NCBI GenBank assembly: GCA_965223905.1
Contig: CBDCXV010000009.1
Location: forward strand, 868,506 to 932,505
Direction: 5' to 3'
Source of the DNA: Candidatus Latescibacterota bacterium
GTDB lineage: Bacteria > Latescibacterota > UBA2968 > UBA8231
DNA length: 64,000 bases
The translations under genes were made by a program, and so were the position numbers. The number at the start of each line of letters is the position of its first letter. The first letter of the stretch is position 1. The notes below the pieces were generated by a model. The model did no database searches. It saw only the letters and a list, made by a program, of their open reading frames with translations, and had not been told where the DNA came from. Of the stretch, positions 30,805 to 42,300 are shown piece by piece.

Positions 30805-30948
30805 CGCGGGCATTCCCGCTGCTCATAGCCCAGCCAGCCTCCGCCGACCTCTTCACAGCCGCCTCCCCAACACTTGCTAATAACTACCATAATATGGTAG
30901 TTATTTCTAAATCCGACCATTGCTGGGCAAATACAGATCGGGGGAGGC

Positions 30949-33639
30949 ATGGTGCAATCGTATAAGAACGTTTACTTCAGGGACTGTCCACAAGCCGCGT
31001 CGGGGCGGTCCAGCCTGACACTGGCCTTCGGCAAGAGCGACGAAGATATTTTCCGGGCAGTACGCCATCTCTCCAGCGACTCGCTTCGCAATGCTCTCGG
31101 CTATGAGAGCTTCGTGTCGCTCCAAGAGGGTGCCCGGGCAGAAGACAAACCTCTCAATGCGTTCTGCTTGTCGATTCTCCGCCGTCATCTCGAAACCAAC
31201 GGACCGTCGGATACCGCGTGGCTGCCAGGCTTCGAGGCCAGAAATCCCATCGCCTTCGATCCAATCCAGGCAACCTTCAACGGCGGCCGTCACGAGCCGC
31301 TGCATGAATGGTACCCTTGGCTAGAAGGCTATTCCCCTGCGTTCGTCGAATCGGTCATCGGCAGTTACTGCCCCAACGCCAAGAGCGTATTCGATCCGTT
31401 CAGCGGCACGGGTACTACGGCCCTCACGGCGTCGCGTCTCGACAAGAAGGCGTACTACGCTGAGATCAATCCGGTCCTCCAGTTCTTGACCGCTACGAAG
31501 GTCATCTCCCTGCAAGTGAACGGGCGGGATCGTATGAAACTTGCGGCCGAGATTATTGCGCTCGCGGAGACGCTTGAGGACCGGATCGACAGATCAGGAC
31601 AGGATTTCCAGTTGGGGGAAACGTATGTTGAAGCATTCGGCGATAGCAAGTTTTTCGACAGCGACGTATTTGCGGATGTATTGCGCTGCCGGACACTAAT
31701 CGACAACATCGGATGCGCCGCCCCGCTCACAGCTCGCTTCCTGACGATCGCAGTGTTGCGTTCCTTGATTCCGTCATCGCGCCTGATCCGGCGGGGCGAC
31801 CTGCGCTTCAAGACGGAAAAGGAACAAGCTCGCGGGCGTATTGCGCTACGGGACGAAATCCGCGAGGGGCTAGGTATTATGGCCCGTGATATCAAAGATC
31901 TATCGTCGATAGACCATGCGCCGGTTTTTCTGCTGGAGAACGCGAAGAATCTGGATCGGGTCTCCCCACTGTCCATCGACGCGGTCATTACCAGTCCGCC
32001 TTACCTCAACGGCACCAATTATTTTCGGAATACGAAGATCGAATTGTGGTTTCTGCGCTGCATGAAGGAACGGGGGGATCTATCCCGGTTCCGGTTCGGC
32101 TCAATGACTGTCGGCATTAATGACGTGACCGTCGGCAAGCCGATTGGTGAAGTGCCGCCCAGTGTAACCCCGGTCCTAAAGGCACTTGAAAAAGGTGCCT
32201 ACGACTCGCGGATCCCGCGTATGGTCGCGTGTTTCGCCTCTGAAATGCACGCCATACTGAAGGCGCTGGCCAGTCATACGAGGAAGGACGGAACAATTGT
32301 CATTGACATCGGCGATTCGGCCTATGCGGGCGTACATGTGCCGACAGATCGGTTTATTGTGGAATCGCTGGACGCTGCTGGATTTGAGCTCAGTGATGAA
32401 CTCGTGCTGCGTCAGCGGTTTTCCCGCAGCCAGATGAAATTGACGCAAAAGCTACTCGCATTTAGATCAAAACCAGACAGGCGTCGGAACACTAGGCGAA
32501 CGGCAAAGCGGGCGAACGGCTGGTCCGCAGCATGGGCGGACTTTAAGGAGGCTCTGCCGCACCAGAAGGACGAATTCGCCAAACGCAACTGGGGCCACCC
32601 GCTACATTCATTGTGCTCATATCAGGGCAAGATGAAGCCCTCGCTAGCGGCACATCTCGTGAAGACGTTCACGACGCCCGGTGACCGTATGCTAGATCCG
32701 TTCTCAGGCGTCGGCACGATCCCATTCGAAGCCGCATTCCACGGCGTGGAATGCTGGGCGTTCGACATCAGCCCGCCTGCGGTTCACATAACGGCCGGAA
32801 AAATCGGGAAGTCAAGCGCCAGAGAATGCGAGAAGACGGTGAAGCGGTTAGAACAACACCTAGAAAGCCAGGAAGTACGGCCGAGCGAGCGCAAATCGGC
32901 GGAATCGATCCGGTTCAACGGAATTCTGACCTCATATTTTCACAAGAAGACGCTCGACGAAATTCTGCTTGCGCGCAGGTACTTTCTCGATAATCCACCC
33001 GCGAACCCGTCGCAGGCCCTCGTCTTTGCCTGCCTGCTACATATCCTTCACGGCAATCGCCCCTATGCGCTCAGCCGCAGGTCCCATCCCATTACGCCCT
33101 TTGCGCCAACCGGCGAAACTGAATACCGCGCGCTGGTCCCTCGGCTTCGCGACAAGATGGAACGTAGCCTAGCGACGCCGACCCCGAAGGACTTCGCCTA
33201 CGGGCATTCCATCTCTCAGGACGTCACCGAATGGTGGCCTGCCCACATTGAGAAACTGGATGTCGTGATTACCTCGCCACCGTTTTTCGACAGCACGCGT
33301 TTCCATCTTGGTAACTGGATGCGTCTCTGGTTCTGCGGCTGGGAAACAAGTGATTTTCGGCAGCGGCCGCTGGCGTTCGTGGATGAGAAGCAGAAGCAAA
33401 GCTTCGACGTTTATTATCCTATTCTGCGCCAGTGCCGCGAGAGGCTAAAATCGGACGGGGTGGCCGTATTCCATCTAGGGGCCAGTAAGAAATGCGACAT
33501 GGCGAAAGAACTTGCCCGAATTGCAAAGACATGGTTCCGGGTCGCCGATACCTATATAGAATGCGTTTCCCACTGCGAAAACCATGGCATTCGTGACAAG
33601 GGAACCGTGGTTAGTCATCAATATCTAGTGCTACAATAG
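30949..33639 (+). CDS. Tandem double amino-DNA methyltransferase (probably m4C)
   Basis: Two complete motif sets: WYPWLEGYS/FDPFSGTGTT/ITSPPY and LCSYQGKMKP/LDPFSGVGT/ITSPPF. Confidence 0.9.
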   Translation: MVQSYKNVYFRDCPQAASGRSSLTLAFGKSDEDIFRAVRHLSSDSLRNALGYESFVSLQEGARAEDKPLNAFCLSILRRHLETNGPSDTAWLPGFEARNPIAFDPIQATFNGGRHEPLHEWYPWLEGYSPAFVESVIGSYCPNAKSVFDPFSGTGTTALTASRLDKKAYYAEINPVLQFLTATKVISLQVNGRDRMKLAAEIIALAETLEDRIDRSGQDFQLGETYVEAFGDSKFFDSDVFADVLRCRTLIDNIGCAAPLTARFLTIAVLRSLIPSSRLIRRGDLRFKTEKEQARGRIALRDEIREGLGIMARDIKDLSSIDHAPVFLLENAKNLDRVSPLSIDAVITSPPYLNGTNYFRNTKIELWFLRCMKERGDLSRFRFGSMTVGINDVTVGKPIGEVPPSVTPVLKALEKGAYDSRIPRMVACFASEMHAILKALASHTRKDGTIVIDIGDSAYAGVHVPTDRFIVESLDAAGFELSDELVLRQRFSRSQMKLTQKLLAFRSKPDRRRNTRRTAKRANGWSAAWADFKEALPHQKDEFAKRNWGHPLHSLCSYQGKMKPSLAAHLVKTFTTPGDRMLDPFSGVGTIPFEAAFHGVECWAFDISPPAVHITAGKIGKSSARECEKTVKRLEQHLESQEVRPSERKSAESIRFNGILTSYFHKKTLDEILLARRYFLDNPPANPSQALVFACLLHILHGNRPYALSRRSHPITPFAPTGETEYRALVPRLRDKMERSLATPTPKDFAYGHSISQDVTEWWPAHIEKLDVVITSPPFFDSTRFHLGNWMRLWFCGWETSDFRQRPLAFVDEKQKQSFDVYYPILRQCRERLKSDGVAVFHLGASKKCDMAKELARIAKTWFRVADTYIECVSHCENHGIRDKGTVVSHQYLVLQ

Positions 33640-33735
33640 GCCGGACAGCCTAGCGTTCAACCCCCCTTTTTGCGTTCTCGACGCAGGATTTTGCCAGGGT
33701 TTGCGATATAGTGAACATATCGAGGGTACGGTCCA

Positions 33736-34692
33736 GGTACATGGTTTACAGATCAGTCCCGGTACATGGTTTACAGTTTTCGCCCACCTTTGGGCACCTC
33801 AAGGAGGTGCTCACATGCCCTGGAACGAAACCTCAGCCATGGACCAACGAATGCATTTCATCGCCGATTACCTCGAGGACTTCTTCCCCTTTTCTGAGCT
33901 GTGCCGTCGCTACGGCATCAGCCGTCCCACCGGCTACAAGTGGGTGCAGCGGTATATCGACGCAGGCGCTGCCGGCTTGATGGAGCAGTCGCGTAGACCG
34001 GTCCGTTGCCCGCACGCTACGTCTTCCGACCTCGTAGAGGCGATTCTCGAGGCGCGCCGCACACACCCGACGTGGGGCGCCAAGAAGCTGCTGGCGCTCC
34101 TCTGGCGATCGCAGCCGCATCGCCCCTGGCCGGCACGCACCACCGTCTGCGATATCCTCAAACGCCATGGCTTGGTGCCGACGCCGCGGACGCGGCGCCG
34201 GCCGGGCTCTGCGGGGCCACCCCAGGCCGCCCTGAGCGCGCCCAATCACGTCTGGACCGCCGACTTCAAGGGGCAGTTCAAGACCCTGGATGGCCGCTAC
34301 TGCTACCCGCTGACCGTCGTCGACGGCTACAGCCGCTTCCTGCTGGGGTGCCAAGCCCTCGACGCGCCCCAGGGGCAACTGAGCCGGCCGGTCTTCCACC
34401 GGCTCTTCCGCACCTACGGCCTGCCCCGCATCCTCCGCACCGACAACGGCGCCCCCTTCGCCTCCTCCCAGGCGCTGGGACGGCTCTCCCAACTGTCGGT
34501 CTGGTGGATCCGGCTCGGCATCTTGCCCGAGCGCATCCAGCCCGGCTGCCCGCAGCAGAATGGGCGCCACGAACGCATGCATGGCACGCTCAAGCCGGAG
34601 GCGACGATTCCCCCCGCCGCGTCCCGCTTCGGACAGCAATACCGCTTTACCCGCTTCCGTCACGAATACAACCAGGAACGACCCCACGAGGC
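33736..34692 (+). mobile_element. IS481-family element, 5' part (transposase starts 33815)
   Basis: MPWNET..DQR, GISRPTGYKW, VWTADFKG, RTDNGAPF, QNGRHERMH, YNQERPHEA; GGTACATGGTTTACAG repeated at 33736 and 33761. Confidence 0.92.
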
Positions 34693-34743
34693 TAAGTTTC
34701 AAGAAAAATTCTCTGTCTTGAAAACGGGGTTGTTACGAGGGAG

Positions 34744-35054
34744 TCATGGTTTACAGTTCCGGCGAGCGGCTTTACCCAAAGCGTCGGTGATGGTGAGCTG
34801 TCGTTCGTCCATGCGACCCAGTCTGAGGGGACCGAACCACACCTCCCAGACTCCGTCGTCAATGGGTTCCAAGCCGATGGGTTGTTGACGCAAGGCGTTA
34901 CTGACGACTACTCGATGGGTCTTCCCATCGGATGCCTCCGTTAGTACTGACCAGCCGAACTTCCCAGTGCGCGGGGTAGTGTAGGGGCGGCAGCTTTCTG
35001 GGAAAAGGACGTGGCGAGGGCTGGTAGAACTCGACCGGAGGTCTTTGTCCCAAG
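34744..35054 (-). mobile_element. IS481 transposase 3' part, inverted relative to its 5' part
   Basis: LGQRPPVEFYQPSPRPFP...WEVRLVSTNGGIRW / VSNALRQQPIGLEPIDDGVWEVWFGPLRLG; ends TGTAAACCATG. Confidence 0.85.
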
Positions 35055-35093
35055 GCCTTTTTCCGGCACCGAAAGGGACCTCCGTTCCCTTTT

Positions 35094-36322
35094 TCAGCCC
35101 ATCGCCGGAGCTATGGCTTCGGGTTTGGGCGTAAGCGCCCGCACCATTCTCTTGATATTGCAGGCCAGCGCTTTGAGGTAGACGGCCAACTCCACGCGCC
35201 AACGCCCGCGCACGCGCAGGGCGCCCAGCCCGTGTCTTCGTTTCAGTTCCGAGACCGTGGCCTCGATGCCGGCACGAATGCGATAGCGCTCCCGGAAGGC
35301 GCCGCTGGCGATGGCGCGGCGGCGGCGTTCGAGGTTGGCCGCCTTCAGGTCCACGGTCACGGCGTAGCCGTCCCCGTCCTGGTTCCGCCGCACCGGACAG
35401 AGGGGAAACAGGGCGCAGGTCTCACATGCCTCGCGCTCGAAGGTCAGCGCCACCTGATGCTTCTTCTCACACGACGTTTGCTTTCTAGCCAAGTGTCCGG
35501 CCGGGCAGATGGCCGGATCCCGAAGACGGGCCTCGACGAGGAAGTCGGCCTCGGTCACCGTATCGGGCCGCTCCTCGACGTCGACCTGGGGGCCTTTGAC
35601 CGGGCTGACCAACTCGGTGCCGAGGCGTTCGGCGTTGATGGCATTGTCGCCGGAGCCGAAGGCGGTGTCGGCGACCAGCTCGTCGGGTCGCTGCCCGCGC
35701 TCTTCGAGGGCCTCCAGCACCGGCATCGTCGCGTGCTCGTCACTGGCGCAGGCATCGGTCACCGCTACGTGGGTGATCATGTTCACGGTGTCAGTCTTGT
35801 CGTCGTCGGTCTTGTCGTCGTCGGCCTCGACGCAGGTCTCGGCGATCTGCACCTCATACCCTTTGCCCTTGCGGCCGTGGTAGGTGGCCTCGGCATCATG
35901 AGGGCTTTGCAGCGAGTCGCTGCCGACGTGCTCAGGCGCCTTCAGCGCCACCGGCACGCCGCCTTCGCCGGCGTCGTCGTCCTCGGTCGAGGGGCGCTGC
36001 TTGTCCGCGACCACGTCGCACTGCTCGGACAGCAGGCGCTGCAGCAGCGCCCAGGACTCCAGGCCCTCGGCCGCGGTGCCCGCACACAGCTGATGGAGAC
36101 GATACAGATCGCGCGCGCACACCGGCAGCCGCCTCTTGCCCGTGCCGGAGGGCGCGTCCTGGTAGGCCGTGGCGCTGCCGTCCTCCTTCAGGTAGCGCTC
36201 GCGCAGGCGCTTCGGCACCCGCCCGTACAGGCGCGGATGCTCCGCGGCCAGGGTTTTCAGAAAGTGACGGAGGGTCTCACACAACAGCCCCAGACGCGAC
36301 AACACCGCGATGTTGCTGATCA
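35094..36322 (-). mobile_element. IS1182/IS5-like transposase, 5'-truncated
   Basis: SNIAVLSRL, SLQSPHDAEATY..KGKGYEVQIAET, LVADTAFGS, CPAGH, YRIRAGIEATVSELKR, ACNIKR. Confidence 0.88.
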
Positions 36323-36323
36323 C

Positions 36324-36483
36324 TGGGGCACCGACAAGATCCAGCGGGCTCAGCTCGACGGCTGAATGTCGAAGACCTGTCACCGAAGGTCTTGCGAACC
36401 TCCCAGGCTATCGCCCTCGATCTGGCCGGTGGCAAGATGTACTGGACCGATTACGGCACCGACAAGATCCAGCGCCCCACCCT
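36324..36483 (+). pseudogene. Decayed YWTD-repeat fragment
   Basis: GTDKIQRAQLDG...SQAIALDLAGGKMYWTDYGTDKIQR, homologous to repeats at ~38410-38570. Confidence 0.85.
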
Positions 36484-36489
36484 ATTCGA

Positions 36490-37215
36490 TCACTCGCAGA
36501 CCCAACCATCTCCGTCTCCGTCGCGCATGTAAACGTACGCCGGATGATCGCGGGGAACCGGGGCGATCCCGTGCCTTCTGGCCTCCGCACACGTAATCCA
36601 GCCGTTCCCGTTGTCGTCCCACAGTTCGAGGGGGCTCTCCTCCGGTAGGGACTCCGCCGGGACTTCCAGGGAATCAGGAAGGACAGTGAGGGTGCCGCCG
36701 GCCAGGGCCATCTCAAGGGCTTTCCGCTCCCGGTGATCTATGGTCAGGCCGTACTTCTGCTTCACCTTGATGACGGTCTCCGCAAACCCTCGGGGATCGA
36801 TCCGGGGCATCCACTCGCCGGCATCCTTTGCGCCCTTCTGGTAGCGGTTCACCGCCGGGTCGGACAGGGTGAGGTTGAGCAGGTCGTTGGCAAATCTGCG
36901 CTTGGTGGCCGCATCCGCCGCGCACAGACCGGAGTCATGCGCCTCGCTCAAGGCGACCACGTGCTCGATGTCGGTCTGCCGGAGGCTTCGGAAGAGCTTG
37001 CCGGTGTAGCGGCATCGGATGCCTCCCAATCGGGCGGCTATGGCCGGCTCAAGGGATTGAGAATAGCGGTAGTCCCGAGTGCGGTTGTAGGCAGAGCATC
37101 GGTTTTCCGGCTCGACTTCCAGGCCCATCCAGATCTCGGAGAACAGCGGAGAGGCGAGAACCCATAAAATCAGGGCCACGTTGGAAACCCATAATGCCGA
37201 CAGGGAGGTTTTCAT
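36490..37215 (-). CDS. Secreted HNH/DUF1524-type nuclease with C-terminal Excalibur Ca-binding domain
   Basis: GAGGAG RBS; signal peptide; DIEHVVALSEAHDSG, FANDLLNL...VNRYQKGAKDAGEWMP; ITCAEARR...DGDGDGWVCE. Confidence 0.85.
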   Translation of the reverse strand: MKTSLSALWVSNVALILWVLASPLFSEIWMGLEVEPENRCSAYNRTRDYRYSQSLEPAIAARLGGIRCRYTGKLFRSLRQTDIEHVVALSEAHDSGLCAADAATKRRFANDLLNLTLSDPAVNRYQKGAKDAGEWMPRIDPRGFAETVIKVKQKYGLTIDHRERKALEMALAGGTLTVLPDSLEVPAESLPEESPLELWDDNGNGWITCAEARRHGIAPVPRDHPAYVYMRDGDGDGWVCE

Positions 37216-37300
37216 CGTTCTCCTCAATCATAGTACTTCGCTTTCCATTCCCGTCAGAAAGGTGAAACCGAAAAAGAACAGCCTTGCAAGGGACGAGCCA

Positions 37301-37687
37301 ATGTCATCAAAGAGGGCGCTGAGGTCGGAGGACCAGTATCCCGAGAATAGGGTCGAGGTTCCGGGGAAACTCTGGAAACTCCTGGACGAGATTCCCCGAG
37401 AAAGCCGCCTGATCTTTGTACTCTTCCATATCGAGGGGAGTTCGTGCAAGGAGATCGCGCACTTTCTCGACCTAACCGAGGAGACGGTGAGACCACATCT
37501 GGAGAGGGCGGAAAACCATGTGCTGGAGCGCGCTCCCTGGATCAAGCTGGCAGAGCTGACCGTCGGCAAACCGCACCACCAGCGTCTGCAGCAGCAGATC
37601 AGGGGGTCTTTGGGACGAATAACGGGCTGGAGGCTACCCAGCAGGGAGAGGAGAAACGGCAGGACGAACGGCGGACCGCTGGAGTAG
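37301..37687 (+). CDS. Stand-alone sigma-70 region-4-like HTH protein (paralog 2)
   Basis: LLDEIPRESRLIFVLFHIEGSSCKEIAHFL; aligns to the C-terminus of 2652-3104; start uncertain. Confidence 0.7.
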   Translation: MSSKRALRSEDQYPENRVEVPGKLWKLLDEIPRESRLIFVLFHIEGSSCKEIAHFLDLTEETVRPHLERAENHVLERAPWIKLAELTVGKPHHQRLQQQIRGSLGRITGWRLPSRERRNGRTNGGPLE

Positions 37688-37939
37688 GGAGACAAATGGC
37701 CTTAGTCTCGTCGAACTGTTCGTGAATCTGGAGTCCGTCGGTCAGCAGGATTGGCAATCTGCATACTGGGAGGCGGTGAAACCCTCAAAAACCGCACGAA
37801 CCGTAGCGCAATTCAACAGTAAAACCCCCGCATCTGGGTCGCACAAGAAGAAAAACTCCCGTGTGATAACGGCAGAAATAATCCCTTCTTATCTATTTTC
37901 ATAGATGACTAATTAACAACATGTTACGTATATACTTTT

Positions 37940-39220
37940 GTGGAAGACCTGGTGACCGCCGGCCTGCAGATCCCCCTGGCTCTGGCCCTGGACGCGGCCG
38001 GCGGCAAGCTCTACTGGACGGACAACGGCAGCGACCGGATTCAACGGTCCAACCTCGACGGCTCTCAAGTGGAAGACCTGGTGACCGGCCTGCGGACCCC
38101 GTTGGGCCTGGCCCTCGACGCAGCCGGCGGCAAGCTCTACTGGACCGACAGCGGCGCCGACCGCATCCAGCGCGCTGACCTCGACGGCAGCGAAATCGAA
38201 GATCTGGTGACCGAGGGCCTGCAGATCCCCCGGGGGCTGGCCCTGGATACGGCCGGCGGCAAGCTCTACTGGGCCGACAGCGGCACCGACCGCATCCAGC
38301 GCGCCAACCTCGACGGCACGGAAATCGAGGACCTGGTCACCACCGGTTTGGGCACGCCCCGGGGCCTGGCCCTCGACGTTTCTGCGGGCAAGCTCTACTG
38401 GGCCGACAGCAGCACCGACAAGATTCAGCGCGCCAACCTCGATGGCTCCGAGGTGGAAGACCTGGTCACCGAGGGCCTGCAGACCTCCCAGGCGATCGCC
38501 CTCGACCTTTCAGGCGGCAAGATGTACTGGACCGACTACGGCACCGACAAGATCCAGCGGGCCCACCTCGACGGCAGCCAGGTCGAGGATCTGGTCACTT
38601 CCGGCCTGAAGGAGCCGTACGGCCTGAGCCTGGGCGCCGGCCTGCCGGCGCAGATCCTCAAGGTGGAGGGGGAACCAGCGACCCTGAACCTGGCCGGCCG
38701 TTTCCGCGACCCGGAGGGAGGCCCCCTGACCCTCACCACCGCCTCCAGCGACGGGGCGGTCGCCGCCGCGAGTCTGGCCGACTCGGTGCTGACCATCGCC
38801 CCGGTAACCCCCGGACAGGTGACCGTCGCGGTCACCGCCCGCGACCAGGGGGGCCGGGCCGCCACCCTGCCGGTGGCCGTGACCGTGTACCCGTCCAACC
38901 GTCCCCCGGTGGCTCGGACCCTGGCCGACCGCAAGATCCGCATCGACCGCCCGGACCGGGTCGAGCTGACCACCGCCTTCACCGACCCGGACGAAGGAGA
39001 CGTGCTGACCTACACGGCCGCGTCGAGCAACGAGGCGGTGGCCACCGCGGCCGTCGAGGGGACCGGGATGGGCATCGCCCCCAAGAGCATCGGGCAGACC
39101 CGGATCGCAGTGACCGCCCGCGACCCCGAAGGCCTGGAAGCGGCCCTGAGCTTCGCCGTCACTGTCGAGCCCAAACCGCCCCCCAGACCCGCCCCGGCCC
39201 CCGCCCGGCTCGAGCAGTGA
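37940..39220 (+). CDS. YWTD (LDLR class B) repeats + two Ig/cadherin-like domains; 5' part of giant adhesin, N-truncated
   Basis: Five YWTD/YWAD repeats; begins mid-repeat; frameshift at the C6 run 39179-39184. Confidence 0.85.
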   Translation: MEDLVTAGLQIPLALALDAAGGKLYWTDNGSDRIQRSNLDGSQVEDLVTGLRTPLGLALDAAGGKLYWTDSGADRIQRADLDGSEIEDLVTEGLQIPRGLALDTAGGKLYWADSGTDRIQRANLDGTEIEDLVTTGLGTPRGLALDVSAGKLYWADSSTDKIQRANLDGSEVEDLVTEGLQTSQAIALDLSGGKMYWTDYGTDKIQRAHLDGSQVEDLVTSGLKEPYGLSLGAGLPAQILKVEGEPATLNLAGRFRDPEGGPLTLTTASSDGAVAAASLADSVLTIAPVTPGQVTVAVTARDQGGRAATLPVAVTVYPSNRPPVARTLADRKIRIDRPDRVELTTAFTDPDEGDVLTYTAASSNEAVATAAVEGTGMGIAPKSIGQTRIAVTARDPEGLEAALSFAVTVEPKPPPRPAPAPARLEQ

Positions 39221-39329
39221 TAATGGTGGTGGCCCGGTAACCCCTCCACGGCCGCCGCCACCACCTCCACCTCCGCCGGGTCCCAATCGGGCTCCGGCCT
39301 TCAACGACGGACCGAGCACCTCCCGCAGC

Positions 39330-42300
39330 GTGGCGGAGAACACGGCAGGAGGACAAGACATCCAGCACCCCATCAGCGCCACCGATGAAGACCGGGACCG
39401 ACTGACCTACCGGTTGAGCGGAGACGACGCCGATTCTTTCACGCTGAACACAAGCAACGGTCAGCTTCGCACCCGGTCAGGCGTCACCTACGACTACGAG
39501 GATAAAGACCGCTACTCCGTGACGGTGGAGGCAGACGACCGTCGTGGCGCCGCCGCCTCCATTGACGTGACCATCTATGTGGCCGACGTCGACGAACCCC
39601 CCGAGGCGCCGGCCCGGCCCCGGGTCGAGCCGGGCGACTCGAAGAGCCTGACCGTGACCTGGACCGAGCCGGCCAACACCGGCCCCGGCGTTGACGGCTA
39701 CGACGTGCAGTACCGAAAAGACGGCAGCTTCCTCCCCTGGCCGCACAGCGGCTCCGGCACGAGCACAACCATCACGGACCTGGACCTGAACACGCGCTAC
39801 GAGGTGCAGGTGCGGGCCTCCAACGACGAAGGCACGGGTGCATGGTCGTCCTCGGGTTTCGGGACGACCAGCGCCAACCAGCGGCCGGTCTTCGACGAGG
39901 GGGGCAGCGCCACCCGCAGCCTGGCCGAGAACACCCCGCCCGATCGGGACATCGGCAGCCCGATAAGCGCGACCGATCCCGAGGGCGGCGCGGTGACCTA
40001 CAGCCTCTCCGGACGGGACGCGAGCTCGTTCACCATCGATCCAAACAACGGCCAGCTGCGCACACAGACCGGCGTTGAGTACAACTACGAGGTGCAGAAT
40101 CGCTATTCGGTGACGGTGGAAGCGCAGGACGAGCAGGGGGGTCGCGCCACCATCGCGGTGACGATTGACATAACCGATGACGACAACGAACGGCCGCAAA
40201 GACCCGACCGGCCCTCGGTGACAGCCTCGACGTTGACGAGTCTAAGCGTACGCTGGATCGAGCCGAGCAATACCGGGCCGCCCATCACCGATTACAATGT
40301 GCAATACCGCGAAGGCAGCAGCGGCGCCTTCACTGCGGCGGCGCACAATGGCACCGGCACGACGACGACGATTGCGAACCTGGAGTCGGACACCTCTTAT
40401 GAGATTCAGGTGCAGGCCACCAGTGACGAGGGCACGAGCCCGTGGTCGCCATCGGGGAATGGACGGACCGTCGCCAACCAGGCCCCCACCTTCACCGAAG
40501 GTACGAGCACCACTCGCAGGTTGGCCGAGAATACCACGGGCACAACCGATATCGGCAACCCGATAACCGCCACCGACGGAGACGGGGGGACGCTGACCTA
40601 CCGTCTGGAAGGCACGGACCGGGCCTCCTTCACTCTCGATGTCAACCAGCTTCAGACGATAGCGGGCGTCGCCTACGACTACGAAGAGAAGAGCAGCTAC
40701 GTCGTGATTGTGCGCGTAGAAGACAGTCAGGGCGGCAGCAATACCATCGAGGTGACGATCGATCTGATAGACCAACAGGAACCACCCGGGACCCCGGCGG
40801 CGCCCGGCGTCTCAGCGGCCTCCTCAACGAGCCTGACAGTAACCTGGACCGAGCCGGCAAATACCGGACCCGACATCGACGACTACGACATCCAATACCG
40901 CGAAGGGGACAGCGGCGGCTTTACCTCCTGGACGCACAGCAGCGCGGAACGCACCGCGACCATCACCGGTCGGAGCCCGGGCACGAGCTATGAGGTGCAG
41001 GTGCGAGCGCGCAACGCCGAAGGCACGAGCGACTGGTCGCCGTCGGGCACGGGAAGCACCCACCCCAACCAGCCCCCGGTCTTCACCGACGGGTCGAGCG
41101 CCACGCGCCGCCTCGACGAGAACACCACGGGCGTGCAGAACATCGGCGATCCGATAAGCGCCACCGACCCGGAGAACACCGCGCTGACCTACAGCCTTGA
41201 AGGCACGGACAAAGATGCCTTCACCATTGACACGCGCAGCGGCCAGTTGAGGACCGACGGGGACGAGACCTACGACTACGAGACGAAGCCCCGCTATGTC
41301 CTGAGTGTAAAAGCGACCGACGGGCACGGCCGCGATCGCAGCATCCCCGTGTTGATAAACCTGAACGACGTCAACGAGCCGCCGTCGTTCACCAGCGACG
41401 CGGCCTTCGAGACTGGGGAAAACAACCAGTCCATCGGCCGGGTGGATGCCGAGGACGTCGACAACGCCGACCGCATCACCGGCTACACCCTCACCGGCGG
41501 GTCCGACCGGGACCGGTTCGAGATCAACAGCGGAGGCGTGTTGACCTTCAAGAACGACCCCAACTTCGAGGATCCCGCGGACAACGGCAGGAACAACGAA
41601 TACATCGTCGTGGTTACGGCCACCGGCGGCACGGGAGGCCGCGCGATGACCGCAGAGCAGACGATCACCGTCACCGTCACCGACGAGAACGAACCGCCCC
41701 GTTTCACCAGTGACAATTCTCTCCAGGTCAAGGAAAACAAACGCTTCGTCGGCAGAGTGGCCGCCGAGGACGTCGATAGCGACGACCACATCACCGGCTA
41801 CGAGGTCACCGGCAGGGTCGACCGGAACCGGTTCGAGATCACCAACACCAACGAGCTGCACTTAAAGGAGGACCCCGACTTCGAGCGTCCGGCGGACGTC
41901 GGGAGCAACAACCAGTACATCGTCGCGGTCACCGCGACCGGCGGCACGGGGACGAGGGAGCGACGGACGGAACAGAGGATATTCGTCATCGTGGAGAACG
42001 TCGACGAGCCGCCGGGCAAGCCTGGTCCGCCCACGGTGAGCGACGAGACGGAAAACAGCCTGACCGTGACCTGGACCGAGCCGGCCAACACCGGGCCCGA
42101 CGTCACGAACTACCATGTGCAATACCGCATCAGCGGCACATTCACCGATTGGCCGGACACCGGCCCGTCCCGGACCCGCACGATCACCGGCCTGCGCTCG
42201 GGCCGGACCTACCAGATCCAGGTACAGGCGGAGAACGACGAAGGGAAGGGCGCGTGGTCCAATTCCGTCAACGGGACCACGCTCACCGCGCCGACGGTAT

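Noticed and set aside
33701-34888. 395-aa intact IS481 transposase
   Set aside because: Sequence after RPHEA is read-through into the inverted segment
37940-38620. ~129-bp periodic repeats as a non-coding array
   Set aside because: They encode YWTD protein repeats
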